Positions 1 to 14,762 of a stretch of DNA of 64,000 nt are shown in pieces; the stretch's first letter is position 1; each line of letters starts with the position of its first letter. The DNA comes from Ruditapes philippinarum (Eukaryota): NCBI RefSeq assembly GCF_026571515.1, contig NW_026854172.1:248001-312000 (forward strand), read 5' to 3'. Made by a program: the position numbers and the translations under genes. The notes beneath the pieces are model-generated. The model did no database searches. It saw nothing but the letters and a program-made list of their open reading frames with translations, and had not been told where the DNA came from.

Positions 1-164
1 TATCATTTCGAGTTATTTATTTGTAAAAGTCTTTTGTGTTTACTCATATGTTTACAAACAAGCTTATCATGTAAATTTATTGTATCATAAATCACAACAA
101 TAATTATAAACATGGGAAATAGAAAGATTGTTATAATTACAATGACATATTAAAAGTGCATTGA

Positions 165-260
165 TGGTATGCCTAGTGGTTAAGGTGCGTGCCACTCAAC
201 CAAGGGATTGTTAGGTTCAAGCCCAACTTGTGTCACTACCATGTTACCTCATATGATATA
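165..260 (+). mobile_element. tRNA-derived SINE head fragment
   Basis: A-box-like gcctagtggttaagg and B-box-like ggttcaagccc; no full cloverleaf. Confidence 0.5.
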
Positions 261-336
261 TATTCTATCTAGGTGGCACAATATAACCAACATGTAATGA
301 ACAGTACTTGTAATTCAGTTGTTTGTTTAAAGTAAA

Positions 337-573
337 TATGAGCCGCGCCAACGAAACCAACATAATGGGTTTGCAACCAGCATGGATCCAGACCAGCCTG
401 CCCATCCGCTAAGTCTGATCAGGATCCATGCTGTTCGCTATCAGTTTCTCTACTTGTTATAGGGTTTGTTAGCAAACAGCATGGATCCTGATCAAACTGC
501 GCGGATACGCAGGCTGGTCTGGATCCATGCTGGTCGCAAACATATTATGTTGGTTGTCATGGCACGGCTCATA
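337..573. mobile_element. Palindromic MITE (~237 bp, TGAGCCGCGCC..GGCGCGGCTCA family), full copy
   Basis: ~100-bp imperfect terminal inverted repeats containing CAGCATGGATCC; four more copies in the window. Confidence 0.85.
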
Positions 574-1059
574 CGGAATTCATCACTGAGAAATGGTTAG
601 AGTCATTATAACATGCATTTTTTAAATTTACTATTACAAATTTTCTTCTTTTTTTTTAATTTTATCTTATTATGCTATCTTCTACACTCCTGTCATTAAA
701 ACTTGCCTGAGATAAACAAAACTGGGACACTAGACAGATGTTAAGCAAGACATTATGAAAATCTTTATCTGTTGTGCATTCTATTTATCTATTGCATTTA
801 CTTTGCTATATTTTTTGTTCTATTTTTGTTCTATTTAGGTAGTTCCAAAATTTTGCATTTCACTAAGATTCAAATAATATAATAAGACTTTATATATATG
901 TATGTTCAATATTTCATTAAAGAGCATAATTATGATAATTTTTTTTAAAAAACTACATATAATATGTGGTTTTAAACAAATGACTTATATATTTGTCATT
1001 TGCTGATTCTATAAATATGTAATGCTTTAACCATTAAAATGAAGGGAGTACACTAAACT

Positions 1060-1760
1060 GTGTCTGTCCATACGACACATGCCCTCACTCCACTTCCTAT
1101 GGCCATTCGCAATGTCCCTAATGTGTTTAAAAAACCTTGCCTTATTCTTTCTAAAGTAATGGATTTAACAAGGATTTTACACATAGTAATACTGTGACTT
1201 TATGACCTTAAAACCAACAGAACTTATTTACTAAATCTAAAGACTTTAGACCAAAATGTTCTCTAGTTTTTGGTTAGACAGGCCTTTAGTGGCTAATATC
1301 ACCATGACCTTATCATTTGACCTATTGACCTCAAAAATGGGTCATCTTCTAGTCATAACCAACCTTCACAAGAAATGTAAGGACTGTAGGCCAATGTGTT
1401 CCCTAGTTACTGGTCAAACATGATTTTAGTGGTCAAGGCAATGAAGATATTGACCTTTGATTCATTGAGCTCAAAACCAATGGGGGTCATCTAATAGCCA
1501 TGACCAAACTCTACATCAAATCTTAGTACTGTAGTCAAAGTCTTCACTAATTATTAGTCAGACATGCTTTCAGTGTCACACTGTGGCCTTGACCTCTGAC
1601 CTTCTGACCTTAAAGCCAATAAGGTTCATCTTCTGGCCATGGGCAATGTCCCTGCCATGACTTATTCCTTCTCAAGTTATTTTATTGGCCAAGGGAAAAG
1701 GTGTCATACATTTCGACTGACTGACAGACAGACAGACAGACCCATTACAATATCGCATAG
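1060..1760 (+). mobile_element. Degenerate HINE/pearl-like element with internal tandem repeats
   Basis: Several diverged ~140-bp units (tgaccttgacc..ctcaaaaccaataggggtcatct..) followed by a (GACA)n microsatellite near the 3' end. Confidence 0.55.
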
Positions 1761-3670
1761 AAGTCTAAATCAGAAATAGTTACAATAAGGCATACAGAAT
1801 AACCAACACAAAGACAACACAAATATTTCATGCTATTAACATTGACACAGATTTGCCACAAGTTTACAAAACATGTCAAATTTATTATCTTGAATGTTTT
1901 TAACTATCACCTTTCCCATATCAAATACTCCCAAACACACATTTATAAAAACATTTTACTTCCTTCTCTGTCATACTTGAAGTTTAGATAAGTTGATAAA
2001 ATTTATCTATATTTAGAATTCAATTTAAAAATACAGGTAAAGACTGCTTGAAGGATAAGATGATTCAAGTAGGCAAAAACTGTTAGCTTTACTGACTATA
2101 TGTAATCATATGCTATATATTCAGACTTACAAATTAATTTTAAGTTTCAGGGAACAAAAATTTGGTTATTACTGGTGACAAAAGCCTGTCACTTCAGGAT
2201 GGCCTGGCTCTATACTAGTGACATAACTATTCTATATGAATTTTGAATTACAACCTTACATAAATGTAAATCTCAATTCAAAATTGTACAATAAATCAGC
2301 TCAAACTTTTGCTGTTTTATTGGAAAACCTTCATTAAAACAGAAACAAAAACAATCAAGTGAAATTCCAATTATTTTCTGCACTCAGCATTAGAAAAGAT
2401 GTTTCATCATGACATGTGCTCAAGAAACTTAATAACTGTATGAGGACAAGTTAACAGATGCCTTGTTTATTATCTTCATCTGGCATATTCCATTTCACTC
2501 TATACATTCATAGGACAAAATCAATATTTCCAATATCTATACATCTTAACTCTCTGACACATACTCTATTAGATATAGGTCACATATTTTTCTACATTAT
2601 CAAATAACTTCATTGTTGTTTTAATTTCTGATCAATGAGAAGTTTAATCAATTATATAAACATTCCCTGACCTTTAACCAGACCTTTAATTACTATATAA
2701 TTCATTAAATAAAACATAACAATGCAGAATAACAATTAATCCAACCTATTTCACAGATCAAAGAAAAAAAACATGCCTAAAGAGGTATAAAATAGTGACA
2801 GTTACATGTATATGATAAATATCTGCATGGTAATTTCCTAATAAACTGTAAACATGACCTAGTTTTAGTACAATTACAACAGATGAATTACAGAAACATG
2901 TCTCAATATAACAAGTGAAACAAGAATATCAGAGTAACAAATGATTGATGTATCACTATATTTGCCAAAGCTAACAGCTTATCTATAATGGAAATGAAAA
3001 TGCGTTCAACACAAGTATAACGCCAGACCAGACTTCAATTCCGTGAAGTTGGACCCATAATGGACCTGAAATTGATAAGCATTTGCCACTTGTATAAAGC
3101 CAGGCCAGTCTACAATTCCTTGAAGTCTGACCAGTTTCTATTCTGATGCCAGACCAACTTCATATTTTCATCCTGATAACCCCATAATTGATGAAAGGAC
3201 TATTCCAAAAGTAGAAACTGGATAAGTCCTTTTAAGAATTTCAGCAGGTAAAAGGTTAATACGAGGAAAGGAAGTCAGTAACCTTGACCCGAACACTCTG
3301 AGGAAGAATGCCATCGAGGACACTAACACAGCATGAGAAACTGCAATAAGGACAAAAGTAGTATGAATAAAGGAACAAATGAATCACTAATGCTTCCTCA
3401 AACAATATCCGAGAAACTATAAAAAACTTGTAAAGAGCGCAAAAAAATTCTCTCAAAACAAATGATATTGCAGCATTATTTGTTAAATTAAAAGAAAACC
3501 ATTACATGTCTTTTTTTAACAAGGGTTTTATATGTGGACCTTGTTCAGAGGTTGTCTTTTACACAGATATGACTGTATATAGATTTTCTTTTAATCAAAT
3601 AAATTCATTTTAAATATAATGAATGAAGAATGCACTAACAAAACTTCAATGAAAGGTTTACAAAACAAAC

Positions 3671-6600
3671 CTTTGGAGCTGTATTGAAGAAATTCCTTCG
3701 TGGGAATTCTTTCTTCTCTGTTTCTGGATAGTAAAACATCCAACCATCTCTAACAATGAAAAATCTGAAATATAAACAATCATGTATAAGATAAAACATT
3801 TGTAAAAAGTTAAAAAGAATGTTTTTAACCACTTCATGAAAGCATTACATTTAGTTTGTTTTAACCAAACTAATGTATCTGCTATTAACTGTGAATTGTA
3901 AGCCTTTTTTCAATGTTTTAGATATAATGTTATTCGAACTAGTTATTTTCTCTATAACTGGTATTCAAATGGAACAACAATTCATAATTTTTATTTGCTG
4001 ATGAACAAACCATTTTTAAATTATCTGTGTTTGTGTTTCGATCACTCGTTAAAATATTAACTCTTGACTTATTATACTCTAATCTTATGTTGTGCAACTA
4101 CATTCAATACATGTATATCATACTGTCCTCATATTGATGTTAGGCCTTAATTTACTTAAATAAAGTTAAGCTGAGTAACCCTCTAAATGCAAGCTTAGAA
4201 CAAGCCTATATGCTACCAGTGTAGAGCCGTCCAGCCTAAGCAATCATGCCAGTTTACTGTATAGATTTTACCCTGATTTACAATTTAAATTGTTTCCATT
4301 TTGTAGCATTTACAATGTTTAAGCTCGAACTGATTTCTAGCTTTTTGAAAAAGGGTGGCATTTTTAAAAATATTCTTCAATTTCATGAAAGTGTACAGAT
4401 TTGAACCAAATAAACTTTGGTCTCAAACATGATTGTGTTGTTATTTTGTTAAAATAAAAAAAAAACAATAACAAATAGCTAAGATATTTTGTACAAAAAG
4501 GCATTTACATATACAAATGTACAAAGAAAGTAACAAATGTACTTTGTTCCCAGTGAGTCTAACACACATTATTGTATCAGCAGTTTTTTACATATCTTAA
4601 TCTACATTATCCCTCTGGTGATCATGTAAACCATCAATTAAGAGGACATTTCTATCATCTTGTACAATAATGAGTAGCTGGGGGTGACTGGCCATAATTA
4701 ACTGTACATAAAACACATCATGATTACATTATTATGATATTCACCTATACTTTATATAACATTTTCACCACTATATTTATATAATGCACTAGCCTTACTT
4801 TAAATTTGGAATTTTTCATTTGCAATAAAAATAAATAAAACATAGCATACTGGTCTAACTATTGGTAATATACTTTTTTTTCTTGCTGCTCAATGCTCCT
4901 CCTTTACCTTTCAATCTATTCAGGTCAACAAAACAACAAAAGGGCAAAAAGAAAATGTCTTTTTCTCTTGTTTATTTGTTTGTATTTAAAAGCACATTGA
5001 CATAGTACTGGTCATACCATGCCAAACATTTTTTTCCAGTAGATAAAAAAATGTAATGAATTTTGTTACCGTCCTTTTTTTATAAAGGAAAACAAAACCG
5101 GACCTACTGACAGAATTCGCAATGCTTTTAATCATGTGACAATAAAACGCTTTTAAATGAGTACCAAACAATAATAGATTCTTAGTCAAAAAGGAAGAAT
5201 TCTGACCGAATCGAAATAAACTATACAAAAAGTCTCTTTTTTATGCAAATTTTCAAAATTAATCAAGATATCTGTAACATAATATTTTACTGTCACTTGG
5301 ATTATTCAATACATTATTTATGTAGATACCAAAATTTTAGACATATTTTGAGACAGGATCATTGCTGTTCACTTGCAGACTCTTTAACAAGTAAAGAAAT
5401 TGATAGCGTACAGCATGGATCCTGATCAGACTGCCCGGATGCGCAGGCTGGTCTGGATCAATGCTGGTCGCAAACCCATTATGTTGGTTTTGTCATGGCG
5501 CGGCTCATATATATACAGATAATTATGAAGACAATGTTATTTTATGACATTAGTAATATAGGTATAACTGTCAACTTACTGTGTCAACATAATTACTATC
5601 ATTATGATTAGGTTACAAAAACAAGAGGGCATGATGCACCTCACACTGTTTTTGCCTCAAGGTGTAAAATCTCTCTCAGTCAGGCCATGCATAAATAAAT
5701 GTTTATTTGGGACAAAGAGGTGGTAGTAAGGGTAAAACAAGCCTAACACACAAACACAAGGCAATACTCTTTAGCACTTTGTTAATTCATTGGTATTCAT
5801 TTAAGAACAGGGGCGTCCATACTCAAGTGGCTAGTTTTGTTGATTTCAAAGCCACTTGCCTCTCGACTCAGTGTATTCAAAACCCCAAACCCCCTGGGAC
5901 CTGAATTCTTTCATGTGAGGAAGCCATCCAGCTGGCTTACAGGATATCATTGGCTCTACTCAGATGCCCGTTTGTGCCTGAAAAATAATGCATGGAAGGG
6001 TACCTTAAGAACAAAATAAATCTTGTTTAAATGATGAAAAAAGAACCCACACCCAATTTTTTTTGGGAAATTCTTTCATGAGTTACTAATTTATCTGGCA
6101 ACTAACAAATCTAACAAGGACAGTCTGATGATATGATACATGTCAATTATTTTCTTTTACAAAGTTTACAATAAATCTTTATAATAGACAAAGACATTTG
6201 TATCATGAAATAATGTTTTCAGTAACAAAATACTGGTACAGAAAATAATAAGGAAGTAAATTGTGTAATTCGGAAACTCAAACTGACTAATATTAGTTAA
6301 AATTGAGGAAGTTTATAAATTTCTTAAATGAATCAGAAAAAAATAAAGTCTAAAAATATTATATTTGAAGAAATATATAATAGCATGTTTGTAGAAATAT
6401 ATTATATTTAAACTAACTTATTACAAATAAAGTCAATAGTTTATACATTAACATGTGTAACATCATGTTAACATTCTTAGTATACATGTAATTTAAATAA
6501 TGATTTATCCCTTATTATTATTATAAGATTTAACCAGTCAGACGTCTGTTTATTCAAATTATTGCAGAAACTTTGATATTTTGGCCACTAAAGCCCCTAT

Positions 6601-7709
6601 CTTTCGTGGTGTGTTTGCCATTGTGAAAAAAGCGTCTGCATGCACAAATCGCTTGTTTACCCTGACCTGTCTAAATCCCTGATACCATCACTGATTGTAG
6701 AACGGTTAAAAGTCAGACAGAAAATTTGCCGATAATGACACAGAATCGGTTAGCAATTTATACATACAAGCAGTTACCAGGAATAAATAAATTTTGGATA
6801 CTTAAACAATAATTACCAATTTAAACAGGATTGCGCTAATAATAGGAGAAATAACTTAATGAAAAGACATCCAATTAAGGTAGATTATGACTGCGTCATA
6901 GAAAACGTGCTTTGCAAATTTCAATGCATTATACATGAAATTAATGTGACAAAAACTCAGAGAAGCGGAAACACCGGATATGTACTGATAGAGAACAAAC
7001 CGTTATCAGACGGCATTAACATGTTTACAAATCAATTAAAACTCTACCTCCTCTACGTACCCTTCTGTTTAGCAGGAACAGGCATTTTCATTTTCAATCC
7101 CCACTTAACTTTTTAATATGGCTAAAAATACGCTCTAAATGTCTCCACCCATGAGGTAAAATTGAAACTGACTGAAACTTTGAATTACTTCCTAGACGTG
7201 TTCTACATAAAAAGTGTAAAAAAATCTAAGCATTTAAGTTTGTTTACAATTACTTAAACGTTAAAATCAAAACATTAATTGTATTGTAATTTTGGCTATA
7301 CCTCTTTTCCTTAATTGCTGCTAAATTTGAATTATTCCAGACGTGTAATTTAAAAATTAAGCATTAATTTAGACTAAGCTTAAAAAACAAACGTTAATTT
7401 TTATTTGACTCCTTCTTAGTTGTGATTTCAATAATTAAAATTAGTGATGTCTCAAAAACTTGAAAAAACTTATTTTTGAGGTCTCTGTATTGAATAATTA
7501 TAGTATTGATTCCAAAAATTTTTATTATTAGCACAGACTACTAAAAATCATAAAAATTAATAGTTAGAAATTTTTTTTTATCTATTTGACCATGTTTACC
7601 TTCTCATCCATTTTGACTGAGCGTTTGACCGCTTCAGTAATACTCCGTGTATTTGTTGACGGTTCTTCCAGTCAAACAAATTGTCCGCGTGTTCTGGCAT
7701 TCCGTTCAT
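3671..7709 (-). CDS. PLEKHD1: PLEKHD1-like pleckstrin homology domain protein, first two coding exons (gene continues beyond the left edge)
   Basis: Exon1 7709-7600 (MNGMPEHADNLFDWKNRQQIHGVLLKRSNAQSKWMR, phase 2, donor GTAAAC). Exon2 3764-3671 (RFFIVRDGWMFYYPETEKKEFPRRNFFNTAPK, ttcag acceptor, GTTTGT donor). The joined peptide matches the PLEKHD1 PH-domain start as I recall it ([35 protein letters not shown]). No third exon recognised in 1-3670. Confidence 0.8.
5352..5509. mobile_element. Same palindromic MITE family, truncated copy
   Basis: Right arm cagcatggatcctgatcagactgc...gtcatggcgcggctcata matches 337-573. Confidence 0.8.
5810..6006 (+). mobile_element. tRNA-derived SINE (family also at 45390-45640, 53272-53360, 63190-63340)
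   Basis: Head ggggcgtcc.t.g..; body ttctttcatgtgaggaagccatccagctggcttac..ctact.agatgcccg..gcctgaaa. Confidence 0.65.
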
Positions 7710-10323
7710 GTCAATTCCATAGTGTTTTACAAATAATTTTTCACATAAACATGTCATTTACAGATTTAGCTGTCTGCATGTCTTTACTTCCGGGTTAGAA
7801 AATCTAAGTACTTTAGCCGCTTGAATCTGTCAACCAGCAAACGTCTGATTGTATTGATTTTAGAAAATATCGAATGAATGATAGATCGCCTCCGACGTCT
7901 TGTTTGCGTTTGGTACAAGTATAGTGTGTTAAATGTATGTTGTCTTCTCAATTTAGCTTAATGACTAAATAATTTTTGTGTAGCGAGAATGTTTGTTAAT
8001 AACTTCAACAAAAGAGTACAACAATGTCACTTAATATATTTACTATTACCACTGACTGTCATTATAAATTCCGTGCTATTACTATTACTATTGCTATTGT
8101 CAAATTTATTTTTGTATTTTTCATCTTAAGAAAAACTGACAACAGTTAGTATCTTGTCAAATTTTTGTATTTTCCATTTTAAGAAAGAAATGACAACAGT
8201 AAGCATTTTAAATTTATTCAAGTTTTGTAGCACCAAATACAACATTTCAACTTTGTCAAGGTCTTTATATATTATTATTAATGATGTTCTTCCATTGTAA
8301 GATAACAGGAACTTACATTTATTCAAATTTTGTAGCAACAAGAACTTTCTCTGTAAAACATTAAAATTTGTTAAGGTATTTTTATTGTATATCATGTTCT
8401 TACAGTACATGATTGTTTACTGTATTGGCTATAAATGTATATTGTCATTTTATGCCAAATAAAGAATATGTTATGTTATGTTATTACTTATTTTTGTTCA
8501 GTGAAAAGTGTGATTTTTATTTACATGACTTAATCTACGATACCTTCGCTTGATTTTTCACAGTTCATTGTTTCCAGAAAGATTAGTAAAGTTGACTCTA
8601 TATTAATTCAAAGAGAAAATTAATTTAGAAATGTCAGAGTTTTTGAATGATCAATTCCATCTAGGCCTACTGCAATACTTTCTTTGGTTTGGCATTGAAA
8701 AATTGTTAATTTAGTTGTCATCAATATAGATCTAGTTAATTTCATTATTTGCAGTATATAATTTAATAAAAATTAACTTTCTTTGTTAGACAATTCTTTT
8801 TTCATTGTCATGAATACATGTAGATTCTATATGCCGCCGGCAAAAATATTTTCAAATACTGTCTTTGAAAGTTGTTATATTTTGGAAAATCAAGTTAAAA
8901 ATGAAATTTATTTTGCTTAATGTTTATGAACATAGCATTTATCTAACAAACAACAGGGGAAATAAATTCTATTTTTGATGATAATAAACCGCTATCTATA
9001 TTATTGCAAGACTGTACCACAGAGCTACATGTATATGAATTTCTGTAATAAAAGTCTCTGAGTGTACAAACACAAGAAAGGACGAACAAATATGTTTTTT
9101 TCAAAAGCGCAAAAGTGATTTTCCGGCATTGAACGCAACATCTAAAACATAGTTAAAAATTTGTATGATTAAGTTTTGCTATATATGAAGAGCATTATTT
9201 TCGACTTTTATAACCAAGAATAAACAACAAAAACAATAACAACAACAACAACAACAACTTTATGGTTATAAATAAGGTTTGATATTTTGATAAGTCACCA
9301 TACATGAACAGATAGAACAGGATTTATTATTAAAGTTCAAACAGAAAGAAGAGGTCCTTATAGAACAAGAACGTGTTTTGATGACCTGATAATTGAATGC
9401 TCTCACTCTGAATTCAGAATTTTGATATATTTATGAATGATTAGCCTTTCATTATTTACACCCACCTTTACATTGTTCTTCATTCACATTGTAAATAAAT
9501 GCAAGTCATAGATTCATCCAGTATTTAAAATGCCTTTAATGTACATTATATATAAAGATCAACCATGTATACTATTAACATTATTCAAGTAAAGGTACTA
9601 AATTCACGCATAGACTTTGATTAACGTTATAACTGAGTTATGTAACTTATGTTATTTTTTTGGTACGGAGAACATACATGCATACATACAGTTTTAAAAT
9701 TTCATATGACAAAATACATCCCTTATTTTTTATGTTCTACACTGGATTGTATTCCTTCTTATTCATTTGTTTGTAACAGTTTCAAGTTCTGCGACGATTT
9801 TTGAGAAAATTAGGGGGGAAAATCAAAGTAAAAAATGGAGTTTATTTAGCAAGAATGACTGTAAAGGTTACCAGCCCTTTAGAAATACATCTATTTAGAA
9901 ATCTATCCAACTCATGGCGGTGCTAGAATTTTAAAAACAAGAGCCAGTTGAACCTGGTGATTCTCCCCGAATAGGTTTTGGACACAGAGAATTAAGTAGT
10001 TTGCCCATAAAGTGTTGCCCAAATTCAGCATAAAGATATTATGATATGGAGAGTTGCTGGTAAAGGTTAAAACTGTTGAAATATGCAATGCAGAGAAAGT
10101 ATTTCTTGTTGATAACATTTGTGGTTCCCGCGTAAAAATAAAAAAGGGCAATAACTCCAAAATTAGATAAGACAGAGTTACTGTTCTTAATCACTGTACT
10201 TCAACTCAATGATATCTAGTTTCTTGTAATACACCTCTTTGTAGTTTCAGTGTTAAATGTTAATCTGGCTGTAAATGTAAACCGTTACAACGTTTTATTT
10301 TTGTAGACAAACTATGCAGCGGT

Positions 10324-11190
10324 AGTAAGTAAGTAAGTAAATTATTTATTAATGTGACATGTGTTATTTACAATATAATCATATACAAATATTTTAATAA
10401 AGGTATTTAAAACACCCGGCCTTATGGGCCTATTAGCACTGCTGACATTTAATACAATATCTACATATATGTATAGTTCTCAAATATTTATAATAAAAGT
10501 AGTACAAGTTCATTTTCAAATATATGGACGATGTAAATAGAATAGAATACTTTCACTTTCATCTTTATCAAGGAAATTAAGCAAGTAGATAATTGATGGA
10601 ATTAAATATTAGTGATAAACATATATATGTTTTTGTGCAAATCGCTATGAGTATATAAGGCTTCGCCTAAAAATAAAAGCTTTCACAATGTATTTTGCTG
10701 TTTTTCTAGCATTTTCATTTATTAAAAAGGTCAGTCTATCCTCCTTATTTCTATGAATATGGATATGACAATAAATCTTCGAACACTTGCTGTCTTATAT
10801 TATCATATTTTGTACATTCTACGAGAAAATGAGTTTCATTTTCTATTTGTTCTTGGTCACAGAATGTACATATTCTCTGGTTTACATTTTCGCCAATAAA
10901 ACGCCCTGTTTCGACTCTTAAGGGTAAAATCCCGTACCGTAACTGTGCTAGCATCGAGGGTTCATGCTTCTCTAAATTTAACACTATGTATTGTTCGAAT
11001 TTAAAATTTGTTTTAAATAGTTTATATGTTAGTAGTTTTGGGCTACTATGTACAGATGTATGCCATTGTTCGGTAAACAGACTTTAATATATTTTCATTT
11101 GCTAGTTTTAAATCAACTGGTCTCTTTTCTGTAAAATAGGTACAGAGACCCAACGATATCATTATTTCGGTATTTACATCAATCTAAAGG
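10324..11190 (-). mobile_element. 3' fragment of a non-LTR retrotransposon (LINE; possibly RTE-X-like), degenerate
   Basis: ORF 10751-10984 encodes the typical LINE C-terminal LRYGILPLRVETGRF..RICTFC..ENETHFLVEC..Y..IR zinc-binding motif. The 3' end has AATAAA and a (CTTA)n tail at ~10324-10350. Confidence 0.8.
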
Positions 11191-11339
11191 GAAGCATAAC
11201 AACTGCCAGTTCACACGTATCACATGCAAATTTATGTTTGTGAGATTTTTTGATACTCGTCATCGGTTTACAATATGGGTGAATCATCCAGGAGAGTTTT
11301 TGTTATTTTAGATTGCAAGATACAGAGAAGATGCCCTGT

Positions 11340-11502
11340 TCACCCCAAGCTTTTCCTGGTTCTTTAACGAGCCGGGTACACGGGACCTCGTTTTAAAGTC
11401 TCTTCCAAAGGTCTGTGTAGTAATTTTAGCTGGCGTGCCTGGGAATGGAACCTACAGTGACGAGATTACAAGTATCGCACTCTAACCGATTGAGCTTATC
11501 AG
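11340..11502 (-). mobile_element. tRNA-derived SINE with a Deu-like central domain
   Basis: Minus-strand head agctcaatcggttagagtgcg..ggttccattcc, then gagactttaaaacgaggtcccgtgt. The domain name is from recall. Confidence 0.55.
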
Positions 11503-11966
11503 TTTACTTCGATGTGCAACTAAACAGATGCCCGTCACGGCTGAAATCACAAACAACAATGTGTAGGTCAGTATCTAGCTTTAATAGTGAACCAGTATTG
11601 AATAGTTTTGGGAAATGAACCGTAACAAAGTATGTTAACAACAATGTTAAGCCTAAAAAGGGTACTTGTATAACTGTCACCAGGGTATCTTCTTTGAAAC
11701 TTCTTTGAAAGGATACGCTGAAATAGATGACACATAACCTGTACAACGAAATAAATGGGGAAAAATGTTCTAAAATTTACCCCCACATGTTAGTCTTTAT
11801 TTTAATATTTTGATATTTTCTGATTTGTCCTAGATAAAATTGAAACGTTTAATTTTAGATCTGACAAATGAACTGTCTGCCCATCTAAATAATAACTTCC
11901 GATCGCAAGCAAAACTATGCCCGCATGAATGCGATGAATACTTCATGTTGCAGCCGTGTGACGTCA

Positions 11967-14570
11967 TTACAATATAAAAGGAATAAGAGCCTTCCTGGTC
12001 TTTGGATAATCTTCAAATTTCTCTTTATAATATCTGAAATATAATGACAACATGTCAACCAAAATAGTCTTTTCCTGCACACAAATATTTCTGATTCTGT
12101 GCTCGAAACATAAAATAAACAATATGATATTCTTAATTGACTACAAGTAATCAACCACACGCGAATGTAATATGAAAAATAAAGTACCAGATTCAAAAGG
12201 ATGTGCAATAGAAATTATGCCAGAACAATTTAAAATTCTGACAAACATTAGAGAATATGTCTACTAGACAAAGTTTTCCAGATAGTTTACACTTAAAGTT
12301 ATGTCCTGCGTTATGCCTATCACATGACGTGTCACTAAACATACCTGTGGTGATGTAGCGCACGTGGACCAAGGTTACAGCACGTGAACACTGTGAAGGC
12401 TAGAGAAGGTATAGACCATGCGGCTAAAGCAAACCCAGTCCATTCGAGCATTTCTCCAAAAAAGTTAGCCCCGGAAACGTAAGTAAACATTCCACCTGAA
12501 AAGGTGCAAGACGAAAAATATTATTTGTGTAACAAGACTTTAACTTTGACTCCCCGTCAACATTAACTGCACGGTAATTAATGGTGACACGGTAATTAAT
12601 GGTGACTAAAATGGCGATGCTTAAATATATATCACTACAATATATTTCTATTCTAACACTAAATTTAACTAAAAATAAATAGATATAAAAGTTTTCTTTA
12701 AAAAAAACAACAAAAACAAAAAACACACACACATCAACTAATGTATATATTGTAGAATTATGATTTGAGCCGCGTCACGACAAAACCAACATAATGGGTT
12801 TGCGACCAGCATGGATCCAGACCATCCTGCGCATCCGCGTAGTCTGATCAGGATCTATGCTGTTCGCTTACCAACTCTATAACAAGTAGAGAAAATGATA
12901 GCGAACAGCATGATGGTCGCAAACGCACTATGTTGGTTTTGTCATGACACGGCTCATTTCAAGATAAATTTTATCTAGAATTCTGCGGTTTAGTTTAGTT
13001 TATACAAACTTTATTACTTTCGTCCTAGAAGGAGGTTATGTCAAGTATCAATTGGGCATATGATTAAGTATTATATGTAGTATTATAAATAATGGAACAA
13101 AAAGTTCATTCTGATAATGACAGATTGGTTACCACGTGGAATTTTGTATCCAGTTTCTCCAGGTTTCCGTAAATTTCTCAGGACATGATCAGAATGTACA
13201 TTTATACTCATCCCAGTTACGAAAATAACCACACCTAGAAACGAAACAAAAAAATGCCTGAAAATGATTACAGATATGCAAAATACTCAAAAAAGTGTGT
13301 ATCAGTAAATATATAGTAAATATATATAAATAGATATTGAATCTCTGTCGCAGAAGGGCGGAAGCAAGAAACACTGTTTCATATTCATAGGAAGTATCTG
13401 GCATGTGTTTAAGTCATGCATGAATAATAACATTCTTTAAATGATGTTATATACATGCAAAATTCGCCAAGTTTATCTGATAAAAAACCAAGGAATTTCT
13501 TCAAGCTCCTGTGTAAAAAAACAGGTAACGTATCAAGCGGTAAGACGTGAGCCTGGCTTCTTTGTCCTGGTGAAGTTCAAATGTCAATATACATTTTTTA
13601 CTCATTAATATATATATAAATGTACATTATGTAATAAATGTAGTTCATACAGCAAATTATTAAACATATTTATTTTAAATAAAATTCTTGTATAAAAAGC
13701 TATAAATGAACACAGAAATGTGGAAATAGGTTGTATATACATGTATTTAAAATAAATAAATTACCGAACAGGAAGTGGGGTTTGTTGAACCAGTTTTCAC
13801 CATAATCAGCATAATATAAAATATGATAACTCTGCATATACCCGTTCACGGTACAGAAGACGACCGCAAACAAAAATGCTTCTATAGGGAACGGTTTACC
13901 ACCTCGTATCAAAAATGGATAAATACAAGCTCTGAAATAAAGCAACACAATAATACTGTATATTTATTTAAAGGCACTTTAGCTCTTTAAATACTGGAGG
14001 AAATAAAAGTTTCTATTATACCTCAGACGTTTTAGAGAAATAAAAATGCTAACATTTCTGAGGCATAATTGGCCTTTAAGCTTGCATTGAACACGTTTTC
14101 ACTTAAAAACCACGTGACGACCGAGTCAAGTAATTTACAATGGAAAATACTTAATATACTTATATACATGTAGTTAATGAGTATACATATCTAATACAAT
14201 TTAAACTATATGTATTAAGAAAGTTCTCTATGTAAGACTTAAGACACTAGCTAAGGACGGAAGCAGTTACATAATTTATATAAAGAAATATACATTACCT
14301 GTGAATATAGTGTACTATTATTAAACATAACAGTAAAACATTGGGTAATTTAATCTCCTTCGGCGTATTTGAGAACAGGAACCATAATGGAATAACCAAG
14401 GACGGTAACTCTTGTATGAACCAAGCGATTTTACCATTCACTGCTAAACCGCCAGTATTTTCTAAATATTTACCGTATGCGGCAGGTTTAATGAAAACTA
14501 AAAATATCAGAAGTAAAATGGCGGTTATTAAATATATTCCTGATATAAGGTAAACAGTGTGTAAATCCAT
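11967..14570 (-). CDS. SRD5A1: 3-oxo-5-alpha-steroid 4-dehydrogenase (steroid 5-alpha-reductase, SRD5A1/2-like), paralog A, 252 aa
   Basis: Five exons, all GT-AG and in phase: 14570-14299, 13931-13765, 13234-13133, 12495-12345, 12033-11967 (TAA). Motifs AYGKY, AWFIQELPS, HYIHR, NVHSDHVLRNLRKPGETGYKIPRGGMFTYVSGANFFGEMLEW, NLGPRALHHHRYYKEKFEDYPKTRKALIPFIL. Confidence 0.93.
12765..12957. mobile_element. Same palindromic MITE family, internally deleted copy in SRD5A-A intron 3
   Basis: tgagccgcgtcacgacaaaaccaac...gttggttttgtcatgacacggctca; ~45 bp missing from the right arm. Confidence 0.82.
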
Positions 14571-14762
14571 AATTAACAAATAAACTTGTACATGTACACA
14601 AAATCAGTGCTATCAACTGTCTGGATAGTTCGTGTTAAACACAAAAGTAGCTCATATATCCCATGTACATGTTTAATATATATACATAACTTTATCGCCT
14701 CTATTTGTTGTCCGATATTTTACAAGTTTACATGTTGATAGCATTTCAAGTTTTTGGCGGGA

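Noticed and set aside
6534-7852. Possible MITE bounded by cagtcagacgtctg / caaacgtctgattg
   Set aside because: Only a short imperfect inverted match with no TSD, and the interval contains the PLEKHD1-like first exon.
11504-11746. Possible alternative terminal exon of SRD5A-A (tacag acceptor at ~11740, open frame)
   Set aside because: No similarity to the conserved SRD5A C-terminus, which is already complete at 12033-11967; no supporting evidence.
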